Of a stretch of DNA of 64,000 bases, positions 1 through 10,606 are shown piece by piece. Where the stretch lies: positions 2,604,001 to 2,668,000 of the forward strand of contig CDROCS010000506.1 of the NCBI GenBank assembly GCA_977020255.1, in the 5' to 3' direction. The first letter of the stretch is position 1. Each line of letters begins with the position of its first letter. The stretch comes from Obrimoposthia wandeli. Its lineage: Eukaryota. A program made the translations under genes and the position numbers. The notes beneath the pieces were generated by a model. It did not search any database. It worked only from the letters and a program-made list of their open reading frames with translations, and was not told the DNA's origin.

Positions 1-2
1 GT

Positions 3-590
3 CGTCACATTGTTGACCGTGATGTACGTGTATTGAAAGAGACTATTCAAACACGCATGAATCTAGAAATGGCTGTAACGACAGAGATGCTGGATATTGC
101 TTGTGAGATCAAACCTGAGTTTGTTTGTTTAGTGCCTGAAAAGCGTGAAGAGTTGACGACTGAAGGTGGCTTGGATGTACTTGGTCAACAAGACAAGATC
201 ACGAAAGCGGTGACACGTTTAAGCGAAGCGGGCATTCTCGTCTCATTATTCATTGATGCAGACAAAGAACAAATCGATGCAGCGGTTGCCACTGGCGCGC
301 CGTACATTGAAGTGCACACAGGTGCTTATGCGGATGCTGAGTCTGAACCTGAACAGCAAGCGGAATTGAAGAAAATTTCTGCAGGCGTAAGTTATGCACA
401 TAACGCTGGCTTGAAAGTAAATGCAGGCCATGGTTTGCATTACCATAACGTCCACCCTATCGCGGCTATTCCTGAAATTTATGAATTGAATATCGGCCAT
501 GCAATCATCGCCCGCGCGGCATTTGATGGTTTAGGTAAAGCAGTAAAAGACATGCAAGTGATCATGCAAGAAGCACGTAATAATAGCTAA
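3..590 (+). CDS. pdxJ: Pyridoxine 5'-phosphate synthase (5' end lies outside the window)
   Basis: Frame open from base 3 ([23 protein letters not shown]); motifs [41 protein letters not shown]. Confidence 0.96.
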   Translation, partial: RHIVDRDVRVLKETIQTRMNLEMAVTTEMLDIACEIKPEFVCLVPEKREELTTEGGLDVLGQQDKITKAVTRLSEAGILVSLFIDADKEQIDAAVATGAPYIEVHTGAYADAESEPEQQAELKKISAGVSYAHNAGLKVNAGHGLHYHNVHPIAAIPEIYELNIGHAIIARAAFDGLGKAVKDMQVIMQEARNNS

Positions 591-617
591 CGTGATTACC
601 AGTATCTGCATATAAAC

Positions 618-672
618 AAAGCCAATGTTCAGCTGTTTAACAGAATAGTTAAATAGTCCTGAACATTGGTTT
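618..672. terminator. Long bidirectional hairpin between convergent genes
   Basis: aaagccaatgttcag (618-632) pairs with ctgaacattggttt (659-672); inner stem ctgtttaac/gttaaatag. Confidence 0.7.
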
Positions 673-690
673 ACGTTATTGTGACATGCA

Positions 691-1065
691 TTATTGTTTT
701 TTGAATTGGCAATAACTTAATACAGACATCAACGTAAAGAATGCGGGATCACTCCAACCGAATCCGACAAAAAGTCCAGTTACACTGGCGTAAAGAGTTA
801 TGATTGTGCCCAGTAGATTGGTAATCAATAACGCTAATAAAAGTTTCTTCGCAATACTTCCTGGTTCAATATCCCTTAATAAAAAACTGACTGCCGCTAT
901 ACCGCCTAAGAAAATACTATTATGTTGTGATAAAAAGTAAGCATATTTGTCGTTCACTTCGATACCATATATTGGCCATATAATCGTGGGAATAAAAAAT
1001 AAGGCTAAAGCAAATACCACATGAATGATGCCATTTAAGGTTAAGAATGTTTTATTTTTCATCAT
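691..1065 (-). CDS. Small 4-TM membrane protein (DUF4345-like)
   Basis: Four hydrophobic segments; probable start MMKNK at 1065 behind a GGGGA RBS; overlaps the ydhR-like stop codon. Confidence 0.6.
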   Translation of the reverse strand: MMKNKTFLTLNGIIHVVFALALFFIPTIIWPIYGIEVNDKYAYFLSQHNSIFLGGIAAVSFLLRDIEPGSIAKKLLLALLITNLLGTIITLYASVTGLFVGFGWSDPAFFTLMSVLSYCQFKKQ

Positions 1066-1378
1066 TGTTGATCCCCGTAAGTGGGGCATTATTAATGCTC
1101 GATAGCGGTATGTTAATATCGAAAATATACCCTCTGATCTTTGTTACTCCCATCGCTTTTAAGCGGGCTGAATGCATCTCCAAATAAGCCTGTGCATACG
1201 CTTCATTTTCAAATAGGTAAATACCACCACCTAATTGTGCTTTCTGGTTTTCAGTCCAAATCTTCCAAATCATGCCTGGTTCATGATTAATTGATTCAGC
1301 TAGTCCAACCAACATCGCTGACATCTCATCACCAAATGGACCTGTAAAATCGAAATCTACTTGTAATAATTTTTGCAT
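1052..1378 (-). CDS. ydhR: YdhR-family putative monooxygenase (dimeric alpha-beta barrel)
   Basis: MQKLLQVDFDFTGPFG...SINHEPGMIWKIWTEN...GGIYLFE...FDINIPLS; GGAG RBS before ATG at 1378. Confidence 0.82.
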   Translation of the reverse strand: MQKLLQVDFDFTGPFGDEMSAMLVGLAESINHEPGMIWKIWTENQKAQLGGGIYLFENEAYAQAYLEMHSARLKAMGVTKIRGYIFDINIPLSSINNAPLTGINNDEK

Positions 1379-1517
1379 TCTATATCTCCAATCGCATATA
1401 TATGAGCTGAGCAAGCGATATGCTTTTGCTTGCTCTTTGTTATAGGCACTATAATATCTATAAAAATTGAACATAAAAGTTCATAAAACTGCGTATAACT
1501 GTGGAATAAATAGACCA

Positions 1518-2399
1518 ATGAGATTAAAGACAACATTAGATCAATGGCTGACCTTATTTGAGGTTGATAAGGCTGGTAGCATTCAGGCGGCTGCGGTAGT
1601 GTTAAATAAAAGCCATACCACTTTGATCTATGCGATTAAAAAGCTTGAAGATCAACTTGGCGTATCGCTTGTTAAAATTAAGGGGCGACGCGCAGTGCTT
1701 ACCGATGATGGTAAGTCGTTATTACGCAGGGCGCAGTCAATGATTGAGCAAGCACAAGCACTAGAGGAAATAAGTACTCAACTGACGCAAGGTGTGGAAT
1801 CTGAGATAGTGATAGCCATTGATCATCTGTGCGACCGACAATGGTTGTATGGATCCTTGGCCACTTTCCTTGCGCAAAATAGTACGACGTCGATTAAAAT
1901 AGTAGAAACCTCGTTATCAAAAACCACGAGTATGGTGGAAGAGCAGCAAGCAGATATTTCCATTGTTAATTTCCCAATCACCAATTATCCCTGTGAATCA
2001 TTTGGCACTGTGAGTATGTTACCAGTGGTCATGAAGGGGCATCCATTAGCGCATAAGGCTGAGCTTTGTCTGGCTGATTTAACGGTTAATAGACAAATTG
2101 TCATTCGTGATTTAGGTGTGGCAGATAATATCGATGTTGGTTGGTTAAAGTCGAGTCAGCGTATCACTGTCGATAACTTCGATCACGCTTGGCAAGCGGT
2201 TCAGCAAGGTCTGGGTTATTGTCGTTTGCCCAAGCATATTATTGAACATCATAAAGATGACGATATCGTCGTGCTTAACGTCGAGTATTCAAATCGTTAT
2301 CACGTGCCTTTACATCTAACGTTGCCAAAAGGCGCAAAAACCGGGCCTGCAGCGAAGGGGTTATATGATTTGTTATTAACATCGGTAGATGAAAGGTAA
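1518..2399 (+). CDS. LysR-family transcriptional regulator, divergent from ydhR
   Basis: N-terminal HTH (GSIQAAAVVLNKSHTTLIYAIKKLEDQLGV...LTDDG) followed by a substrate-binding domain; start trimmed to ATG 1518. Confidence 0.9.
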   Translation: MRLKTTLDQWLTLFEVDKAGSIQAAAVVLNKSHTTLIYAIKKLEDQLGVSLVKIKGRRAVLTDDGKSLLRRAQSMIEQAQALEEISTQLTQGVESEIVIAIDHLCDRQWLYGSLATFLAQNSTTSIKIVETSLSKTTSMVEEQQADISIVNFPITNYPCESFGTVSMLPVVMKGHPLAHKAELCLADLTVNRQIVIRDLGVADNIDVGWLKSSQRITVDNFDHAWQAVQQGLGYCRLPKHIIEHHKDDDIVVLNVEYSNRYHVPLHLTLPKGAKTGPAAKGLYDLLLTSVDER

Positions 2400-2479
2400 G
2401 AGGGGGGGATGGTTGTGGTTTTTTGCAGCCAATAATAACGCACGACCATGTTTTGCAACAGAGCCGTGAGGTCATAAAC

Positions 2480-5215
2480 CTAATCGGGTAAGTAAGGCTG
2501 TGCTTCCTTAATCACGGTCTCAATAGCTTCCTGTAGTTCAAAAATCTCCGGTTCGACATCTTCGATTTCAGCACCTTTACGTAAGCCGCGTTCAATCTGA
2601 TCGGCTAAATTCTGAATCGGTAATACCCCACAACAAGCGGCACCACCATGGAACTTATGAATAATCTTCTTAAACTCTGAACGTGACAAGCTGCGTGCGA
2701 GTGCTTGTTCAAGATGTTCGCTGATCTCCGGCAGACTATTGATAAACATTTCTAACATATCTACCGCAAGGTCTTCTTTACCCATTGAACGCTGTAAAGT
2801 CAGTGGCCAATTTAAAATATGGTTCTTCACTGTGGTGTGATCGTGTGATGAGCTGCTCCATTGCTGTAGCGTACGCTTGAGAATGGTTTCATCAAGGGGT
2901 TTGGTGAGGTAGTCATCCATCCCTTTACTCAGTAGACGATCGCGTTCACCACTCATCGCCTGGGCTGTGACAGCAATGATAGGGGTTGACTGGTTACGGG
3001 TACCAGAACGAATCGCTTTACAGGCGCTGATACCGTCCATGATGGGCATTTGGATATCCATAAAGATGATATCAAAGTCCATTTGATTGGCTTTCGCAAC
3101 GGCTTCCGCACCATTGGTACAGCTTTCGATCGTGGTTACCGAATCGTCCAGCATAGCGCTAATTAATTTTAGGTTAGCTGGGTTATCATCGACGGCTAAA
3201 ATAGACAGGTCAATCTTGGCTTTTGGTTTCTCAATCTTCAGTTGTGGAATTGGCTGTTCATCGGGTTTATCTAAATAAGCGAGCGCATTGACTAATTTAC
3301 GGTGGTTACACGGTTTAGTCAGGCAATGTCTTGCGCCTATGCGAATGATCTCTTCTTGTAAGCAAGGATCTGACGAGTTAATTAACACAATAACAGCAGC
3401 ATCAAGATCATGGCACTGACTCATCTTGTCATACATAGGTGTTAACTTGCTTTCATCATTTTGGGCAATCACAACACAGTAGTACGGTTGATTAATATAG
3501 TGTTGCCATTCAGCATCATTAGCACAATGTAATACGTCCAGTTCCCAACTATTAAGCAGCGATATTAATGAGCGTGCCGAGTAGTTATCTACTTCATACA
3601 ATAAGACCTGTTTACCTTTAAAATCATTCACCGGTAACGGCTCTGATAATGAGTTTGAGGTGACATGGAATTTGAGTGAGAATTTAAAGTTAGAGCCTTG
3701 GCCTAAGTCAGAATCAAGTGAGATCTCACCACCCATAAATTCAACTAAGCGTTGGGTAATTACCAGTCCTAACCCTGTGCCGCCATAACGACGTGAAATA
3801 CTGGTATCCGCTTGATTAAAGGCTTGGAACAGCTGTGCTTGTTGTTGATCTGAAATGCCAATACCAGTATCGCGAATATTGGTCTGGATGATGACGGTAT
3901 TATCTTTCCATTCCAATAACTCGATATGAATATCGATGTTACCGTTTTCAGTGAACTTGATGGCATTACCCAGTAAGTTAGTGATCACTTGTTGGAAACG
4001 GAATGGGTCACCAATAATACCATCGGGGACATTCTTATCGACGTGCAGTGATAATTCGAGGCCTTTATCATGTACGGTTGGCGCTAGCAGTATTGCCGCT
4101 TCTTCAATGGTGTCACGTAGATTAAAGGGTATCTGTTCTAATGTCAGTTTACCGGCTTCAAGTTTAGAGAAATCGAGAATATCATTAATAATATTGAGTA
4201 AGTTCTTGGCTGACTTTTCAATGGTCTGCAAGTAATCGGTTTGGTTTGGGCTCAGCGAGGTTTTTAATAACTGGCGAGAGAAGCCAATCACGCCATTCAG
4301 TGGCGTTCTTAACTCATGACTCATGTTCGCCAAGAATTCAGATTTAACCCGTGCCGCGGCTTGGGCGCGTTTTTTGGCCATATCCAATTCAATATTTTGG
4401 ATCTCAATTTGCTCTAAGGTTTCCCGCAGATCGGATGTCGCTTGATCAATATTCTGCTGCATTTCCTCATGATAAGCCGACAGCGATTTAGCCATGGAGT
4501 TAATACCATTCTTGAGCAGGGCTAATTCACCTGTGTGATCGCCGGTGACTCGGGCATCAAGCCGGCCCTCCCTGATCCTGTCGACAACCTTGACCATGTC
4601 GGTAATGGGTTGGGTGACGTTTTTAACTAATCGCCAGGAGAAAATAAGCGCGGTAAAAAAGCCCAGTAATACAATGAACACTGATACGGTCGTATCACGA
4701 TATTGCAGTAATATGGCTTTGTCTCGAATCAATTGAATCGATAAATAACCGAGGATCTGCTCTGGGTTTTCTAAATTCAGTGGGAAGTTGTTATTGTCAA
4801 TTTCCGCAATGATAGGTGAACGTAGAATAATGTAATCATCAAGCACTTCGACTTGCGTTGTTTCTGGCAGTCTACTGTTATCGGGATTCTTGAGTACCGA
4901 AAAATTACGGTGATAATTACTGGTGACAAAGAGTTTATTATTGGTATCAAAAATGGCGATACTTTTAATCGTGGGGGCAAACTTACGATGGGTTAAACCG
5001 AGCAGCTTTTTAAGTGATTCACGGCTGTTTTGCAACATTCCGTACTCACTCGCAATCGCCAGTGGTTCGATAATATTAACACCCTGCTCAATAAGCACCG
5101 TTTCTAATTGTTGATAACGGTTAAAGGTGAAATAGCTGGCTAATAATGTACCGATCAAAACAGTCGGTAAAATCGTCAGCGACATTACTTTGGCACGAAG
5201 CCCGTATTTAGTCAT
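2480..5215 (-). CDS. barA: Hybrid sensor kinase BarA/GacS/VarS
   Basis: 2 TM plus HAMP, H-box [15 protein letters not shown], HATPase GGTGLGL, receiver FMDIQMP, Hpt [11 protein letters not shown]; divergent from rlmD as in vibrios and enterics. Confidence 0.95.
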   Translation of the reverse strand: MTKYGLRAKVMSLTILPTVLIGTLLASYFTFNRYQQLETVLIEQGVNIIEPLAIASEYGMLQNSRESLKKLLGLTHRKFAPTIKSIAIFDTNNKLFVTSNYHRNFSVLKNPDNSRLPETTQVEVLDDYIILRSPIIAEIDNNNFPLNLENPEQILGYLSIQLIRDKAILLQYRDTTVSVFIVLLGFFTALIFSWRLVKNVTQPITDMVKVVDRIREGRLDARVTGDHTGELALLKNGINSMAKSLSAYHEEMQQNIDQATSDLRETLEQIEIQNIELDMAKKRAQAAARVKSEFLANMSHELRTPLNGVIGFSRQLLKTSLSPNQTDYLQTIEKSAKNLLNIINDILDFSKLEAGKLTLEQIPFNLRDTIEEAAILLAPTVHDKGLELSLHVDKNVPDGIIGDPFRFQQVITNLLGNAIKFTENGNIDIHIELLEWKDNTVIIQTNIRDTGIGISDQQQAQLFQAFNQADTSISRRYGGTGLGLVITQRLVEFMGGEISLDSDLGQGSNFKFSLKFHVTSNSLSEPLPVNDFKGKQVLLYEVDNYSARSLISLLNSWELDVLHCANDAEWQHYINQPYYCVVIAQNDESKLTPMYDKMSQCHDLDAAVIVLINSSDPCLQEEIIRIGARHCLTKPCNHRKLVNALAYLDKPDEQPIPQLKIEKPKAKIDLSILAVDDNPANLKLISAMLDDSVTTIESCTNGAEAVAKANQMDFDIIFMDIQMPIMDGISACKAIRSGTRNQSTPIIAVTAQAMSGERDRLLSKGMDDYLTKPLDETILKRTLQQWSSSSHDHTTVKNHILNWPLTLQRSMGKEDLAVDMLEMFINSLPEISEHLEQALARSLSRSEFKKIIHKFHGGAACCGVLPIQNLADQIERGLRKGAEIEDVEPEIFELQEAIETVIKEAQPYLPD

Positions 5216-5333
5216 AAAGTCATCTTATTGGTGTCGGGTTTAATGCCATCTACGAAGTTATTTAAAGTATAAAGCGGGAAAGCAGGTTAGAATAATACCC
5301 TAATGATGACATAGGCAATAGTTGTATATCAAT

Positions 5334-6668
5334 ATGGCGCAAATTTATAAAGCAAAAAAAGTACAGAAAACTCCGAGTAAAGCGGTTGAGATCACTATTG
5401 AGAAGTTAGATCACCAAGGTCTAGGTTTGGGTCGTCTTGATGGCAAAGCGGTATTTGTTGCTGGTGGACTACCAGGTGAGCAAGTATCAGTAAATATTAT
5501 TGAGCAAAAAAAGCAATATGCCAAAGCGACATTAAGAAAAGTACTGTCCCCATCGGCGCAAAGAATTGCACCAGCTTGCCCGCATTATGTAACATGCGGT
5601 GGTTGTAGTTTACAAACACTCGATAGTCATGATCAGGCTGATTATAAGCAAACTGCCCTGTTTAGTTTATTAAAGAACTTCAGTAAGAGTGAAGATATTC
5701 AATTTGCTGATCCGATTTTATCCCAGCCTTGGGAATATCGCCGTACTGCCCGTTTAAGTGTGATGTTTGATCGCAAAGCCAAGCAATTGGTATTTGGCTT
5801 TCGTGAGCGCAACAGTAAATCACTGGTGGCGATTGAGCAGTGTCCGGTATTAGTACCTGCTTTGTCTGCATTGATCCAACCACTGCGTCAATTACTTGCT
5901 ACGCTTACGGTACGTCGTGATTTAGGTCATATCGAATTGTTTGCGGTAGATTCTGGCATTATTTGTTTGCTACGTATTTTGAAACCGTTAAATGATAAAG
6001 ACCAAGGTTTACTGCAAGCTTTTGCCAGTGAACAGCAATTGAGTATTTATCTGCAACCTGAGACGGATTTAGTGGTTAAATTAACCCCTGATACGCCTGC
6101 TGCATGGTATCAATTGGCCGATGGTGAATTTAAGTTAAGCTTTACCCCTGGTAACTTTATTCAAGTTAATCCTGTGGTGAATAACCAGATGGTTGCACAA
6201 GCACTGGATTGGCTTGATTTAAGCCCTGAAGATAAGGTATTAGATCTATTCTGCGGTGGTGGTAACTTTAGTTTACCGGTTGCGCGTTTATGTCATTCTG
6301 TTGTCGGTGTCGAAGGTATTGATGAGATGGTGCGTCAAGCACAAGTCAATGCGATCGCCAACAACGTCGATAATGCACAATTCTTTAAAGCGGACTTATC
6401 GGCTGATTTTTCTAAATTAGCCTGGGCAAGAAACAGTTTCGATAAAGTATTATTAGATCCGGCTCGTGCAGGTGCTGCAGAAACAGTGCAATATTTACAT
6501 AAACTAAAAGCAAAGAAAATTGTCTATGTATCTTGCAATCCAGCAACATTAGCGCGAGACTCGAAGTTGTTGATGGAAAAGCATTATAAATTAACACGCC
6601 TTGGTATGATTGATATGTTCCCACAAACAGGGCATGTCGAGTCAATGGCGTTATTTGAACGCGTTTAG
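5334..6668 (+). CDS. rlmD: 23S rRNA m5U1939 methyltransferase
   Basis: TRAM domain, Fe-S motif CPHYVTCGGC, SAM motif DLFCGGGNF, catalytic VSCNPATL. Confidence 0.95.
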   Translation: MAQIYKAKKVQKTPSKAVEITIEKLDHQGLGLGRLDGKAVFVAGGLPGEQVSVNIIEQKKQYAKATLRKVLSPSAQRIAPACPHYVTCGGCSLQTLDSHDQADYKQTALFSLLKNFSKSEDIQFADPILSQPWEYRRTARLSVMFDRKAKQLVFGFRERNSKSLVAIEQCPVLVPALSALIQPLRQLLATLTVRRDLGHIELFAVDSGIICLLRILKPLNDKDQGLLQAFASEQQLSIYLQPETDLVVKLTPDTPAAWYQLADGEFKLSFTPGNFIQVNPVVNNQMVAQALDWLDLSPEDKVLDLFCGGGNFSLPVARLCHSVVGVEGIDEMVRQAQVNAIANNVDNAQFFKADLSADFSKLAWARNSFDKVLLDPARAGAAETVQYLHKLKAKKIVYVSCNPATLARDSKLLMEKHYKLTRLGMIDMFPQTGHVESMALFERV

Positions 6669-6713
6669 ATATGAACGTGTGTATTTTTGTTTAATCTTGT
6701 TAGGAATTAAGAC

Positions 6714-8960
6714 ATGGTTGCGGTACGTGATTCTCATTTGACCAATCCGGAAGACTTTGATGCGAAGACTTGGACGTCTTCGTTAGCACTCACCTCGACA
6801 GAGCAAGATGAATTATTTGAGTTATATTCTCAATTAGCATTAAAAGAAGCAGCTGAATCCCTCGAGGATGAAGCTGATTTCCGTTTCCCGTTGCTTGCTT
6901 ACGGGGTGGAAATGATCGAAATATTAATGACGATGGATATGGACATGGAGACCTTAAAGGTCGCTTTGTTGTATCCATTTTTTAATGCCAAATTATATGA
7001 TAATGAGCAAATTGAAAGCTTATTTGGTAGCAAATTATTACCGCTACTAGTCGCTGTTGTTGAAATGGATGCGATCCGCACCCTACAAGCAAAATCACAA
7101 AAGCCATCAGAAGCGCAAGTCGATAATTTACGCCGTATGTTAATGGCGATTGTTGATGATGTGCGTGCCATTGTGATCAAGTTAGCAGAGCGTATTTGTC
7201 ATCTTCGCCAAGTTAAGAATGCTTCTGAAGAAGAACGTGTACTAGCGGCAAAAGAAATAGCGGATATCTACTCACCATTAGCCAACCGTTTAGGGATTGG
7301 CCAGTTAAAATGGGAACTTGAAGATCTTTCGTTCCGCTATTCTCATCCAGATACGTATAAGCAGATTGCCAAGCTGTTACTTGAACGTCGTATCGACCGT
7401 GAAGAGTTTATCGACAGTTTTGTATCACAAGTAAAAACCGGTGTTGAAGCCGCTGGTGGCCGAGTTGAAGTATATGGCCGTCCTAAGCATATCTACAGCA
7501 TCTGGAAAAAGATGCAGAAGAAGAATTTGGATTTCACCGGTCTTTATGACGTACGAGCTGTACGCGTGATCGCTGCTGAATTGCAAGATTGCTATGCGGC
7601 ATTAGGTGTTATCCATAATTTATTCCGTCCTATTCCTAGTGAGTTTGATGATTATGTGGCGAACCCGAAAGCCAATGGTTATCAATCTATCCATACCGTT
7701 GTAGCGGTTGGCGACGAGAGTAAAGCAGTTGAAGTTCAGATCCGTACCAAACAGATGCACGATGATGCCGAGCTAGGTGTTGCTGCGCATTGGCGCTACA
7801 AAGAAGGCGCTGATACGACCAAGAAAGGCAGCTACGAAGAGAAAATTGCTTGGCTACGTAAGTTACTGGCATGGCAAGATGACATGGCTGAAAGCGGCAG
7901 CTTAGTTGATGAGCTACGCAGTCAGGTATTTGATGATCGTGTTTATGTGTTCACGCCAAAAGGCGATGTGGTTGATTTGCCACAAGGCTCAACACCGTTA
8001 GATTTTGCCTACTATGTGCATAGCATGGTGGGTCATCGTTGTATTGGTGCCAAGATCAGTGGCCGTATTGTTCCGTTTACTTACGAGCTGCAAACTGGTG
8101 ACCAGATTGACATCATCACGCAGAAAAACCCTAATCCCAGTCGCGATTGGTTATTACCAAACTTAGGGTATGTAAAATCAGCGCGTGCGCGCGCTAAGAT
8201 TAATACGTACTTTAAGCGTATGGACCGTGATAAGAATGTTGCTTCGGGTAAAGACATGTTAGAAGGCGAGTTACATAAACTTGGCTTGCACTTGTCTGAT
8301 GCTAGCTGTGCGTTTGAACGTTTTAACTCCAACACTTTAGAAGATTTATTAGCCCAGGTGGGTAGTGGTGATGCACGCCTTAACCAAGTGATTAATCACA
8401 TTAAGGTGTTGTTGTTACAACCAAGTGCAGAGGAAGAAGATAAACTGGCGTTAGAGCTAGTTGATCAACAAGTACTAAAATCGCAAAACCAGCCGAAAAA
8501 GAAACGCAGCAAAGATCATATCGTTGTTGAAGGTATGGGTAATTTGATGACCCATATTGCCAATTGTTGTCAGCCGATACCGGGTGATGACATCGTTGGT
8601 TATATTACCCAAGGTCGTGGTATCTCGATCCACCGTAATGGTTGTTTGCAGTATGCTGATTTAAGTAGTCGTCAGCCAGAACGTATCATTGATGCGGTAT
8701 GGGGCGGTGACTTTAGTGGTGGCTACGGCGTTACGCTCGTGGTGCATGCGAGTGATCGTAGTGGACTACTGCGTGATTTAACCACTATTTTTGCTAACGA
8801 CCGCATTCATGTTGTTGGTATGAACACCCGCACTGATGCCAAGCTGCAAACGGCAACACTGGAAATCAATATCGAGCTATTTAATATTGATACCCTTAGC
8901 CATCTGACCAACCGTATGAGTCAGGTGAAAGGGGTTATTTACGCTAAACGCTTAAAATAA
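6714..8960 (+). CDS. relA: (p)ppGpp synthetase RelA
   Basis: Degenerate hydrolase domain (no HD), GRPKHIYSIWKKM, EFDDY, TGS domain, CCQPIPGD, ACT domain. Confidence 0.97.
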   Translation: MVAVRDSHLTNPEDFDAKTWTSSLALTSTEQDELFELYSQLALKEAAESLEDEADFRFPLLAYGVEMIEILMTMDMDMETLKVALLYPFFNAKLYDNEQIESLFGSKLLPLLVAVVEMDAIRTLQAKSQKPSEAQVDNLRRMLMAIVDDVRAIVIKLAERICHLRQVKNASEEERVLAAKEIADIYSPLANRLGIGQLKWELEDLSFRYSHPDTYKQIAKLLLERRIDREEFIDSFVSQVKTGVEAAGGRVEVYGRPKHIYSIWKKMQKKNLDFTGLYDVRAVRVIAAELQDCYAALGVIHNLFRPIPSEFDDYVANPKANGYQSIHTVVAVGDESKAVEVQIRTKQMHDDAELGVAAHWRYKEGADTTKKGSYEEKIAWLRKLLAWQDDMAESGSLVDELRSQVFDDRVYVFTPKGDVVDLPQGSTPLDFAYYVHSMVGHRCIGAKISGRIVPFTYELQTGDQIDIITQKNPNPSRDWLLPNLGYVKSARARAKINTYFKRMDRDKNVASGKDMLEGELHKLGLHLSDASCAFERFNSNTLEDLLAQVGSGDARLNQVINHIKVLLLQPSAEEEDKLALELVDQQVLKSQNQPKKKRSKDHIVVEGMGNLMTHIANCCQPIPGDDIVGYITQGRGISIHRNGCLQYADLSSRQPERIIDAVWGGDFSGGYGVTLVVHASDRSGLLRDLTTIFANDRIHVVGMNTRTDAKLQTATLEINIELFNIDTLSHLTNRMSQVKGVIYAKRLK

Positions 8961-8998
8961 AAAGTAATCTGGACGCACTATAATCTGGATACCCTAAT

Positions 8999-9039
8999 AG
9001 GGAGGGTGAATACAAATATTGATTGTATTCACCCTCCCT
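8999..9039. terminator. Perfect 17-bp stem hairpin after relA
   Basis: agggagggtgaatacaa-atattga-ttgtattcaccctccct. Confidence 0.75.
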
Positions 9040-9061
9040 TAATTTTATCTAAAACACAGTA

Positions 9062-10288
9062 ATGCCAATGATCTATCAGTGTGGCGTCTCTGTTTATACT
9101 TTCAGCTTGTAGTAGCAAGCCTATTCAATTTCCTGAATCGCAAACAAATTATTGCGCTGATATCACGCGTAACAATGCTGGGTGAATATCTTAAACCGGT
9201 TGAGAATAAAATGGTTGCTCATATACGTACTAGAGCATAGACTGTTGTCTCGAAACGGAACGTGCTGAAAGATGTACAATATTTTATTTTTTCTACTGAT
9301 AATATTGGTTTGATTGCCGCGGATTACTTGGTCAGAGCTGCTGAAAGAGGCATTAAAGTGCGGGTTCTGGTTGATGATATTATGGTTGAAGCCAATGGCG
9401 AAGATTTATTAACCTTGGCTAAGCATGAAAATATAGCAATCAAAATTTATAATCCGATGATAAAGCGATTAATTTAACGACTTTCCATCAGCTAAATCAG
9501 CGTATGCACAATTGTTGATGGACAAGTCTCTATCACTGGTGGAATGTTGATGAGTATTTTGGCTACGACCACGAATATAACTTCCGTGATCGTGATGTAT
9601 TACTCGTTGGCGGCGTTGCTAATGATATTCAAATGTCATTTGATCATTTTTGGAAAGATGAATTAAGCGTTGATGTACAAGCGTTAATTTAATCTTCTGT
9701 TCCTCCGCTAAATATGTATCCCAACAACTTTGTAAGTGTCAGAGAAAAGATTAAAAACATACCGTTAGCCATCGAAGAAATACAGAACTGCAATGGTTAA
9801 CTGATGTGGAATATATCACGGATGTACAAAAATGACCAAACTGAATTTTTAGGCGGTACTAGTGGAGTCGGTGGTGATCCAGACGCCTTTTTGATCAGTC
9901 AGCATTTTAAGCCGATAAAGGCGTTGGGATGACGAATTTTGATAATTTAGAGGCTTTAGATCAACGACTAATATTTATGAATCCGGATGCTGAGATCCGT
10001 CGTATCATGTTCATGCGGTATCATGCGAAAACAATGGTTATCGATGATGACATTGCAGTGATTGGTACTTTTAATCTTGATCCCCGTAGCACTCACCTTA
10101 ACACTGAAAACTTTGTGATTATTCCATCTAAAAAAATGGCTGGCGAAGTGAAAAAAGGCATGCTGGAAGAAATGCAGCCGGAGAATGCGTGGAGAATTAG
10201 TCTTGATTGGAATCCGGATAGTGAAGTCAGTAAACTTAAGCAATTGGGTGTTAAACTGAGAAGAGTAGTGCCAAAGAATATACTTTAG
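9062..10288 (+). pseudogene. Degraded phospholipase D / cardiolipin-synthase (ClsC-like) lipoprotein
   Basis: Fragments in several frames: lipobox LFILSAC (9090-9110), DVQYFIFSTDNIG...RGIKVRVLVDD, QRMHN/VDGQVSITGG (broken first HKD), DEYFGYDHEYNFRDRDVL, and an intact second HKD YHAKTMVID...GTFNLDPRS. Confidence 0.88.
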
Positions 10289-10397
10289 TCTAGTGGTTTC
10301 TTTTTAATTCAGTTGCTTATATAAAACGTGGTTGATGTGTACCTCATTTAAGGTATATTGATAGAACAATCAGTAATTGTATTTAGGGATGAACACA

Positions 10398-10583
10398 ATG
10401 ACAAAGACTAAGTTTTCACTGCGCTTTACCGTGGGTGGAATGTTTCTGCTCGCCACCATTTTAACCACGCTGGTAGCTATCTCACTGCAATATCACTTTA
10501 GTAAAAAGATGGCAACTGAGCAGGCGTTATCTATGTTGTCAGTTTCATCGGCAGAGCTGAGTGAGCATGTTCAGCCTTATTAG
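10398..10583 (+). pseudogene. Detached N-terminal TM fragment of the downstream HD-GYP protein
   Basis: MTKTKFSLRFTVGGMFLLATILTTLVAISLQY is a single N-terminal anchor helix and stops at TAG 10581-10583. The downstream frame is already open from about 10565 (ALLASISRTIDM), implying a frameshift near 10572-10577. Confidence 0.72.
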
Positions 10584-10606
10584 CTTCTATTAGCCGAACG
10601 ATTGAT

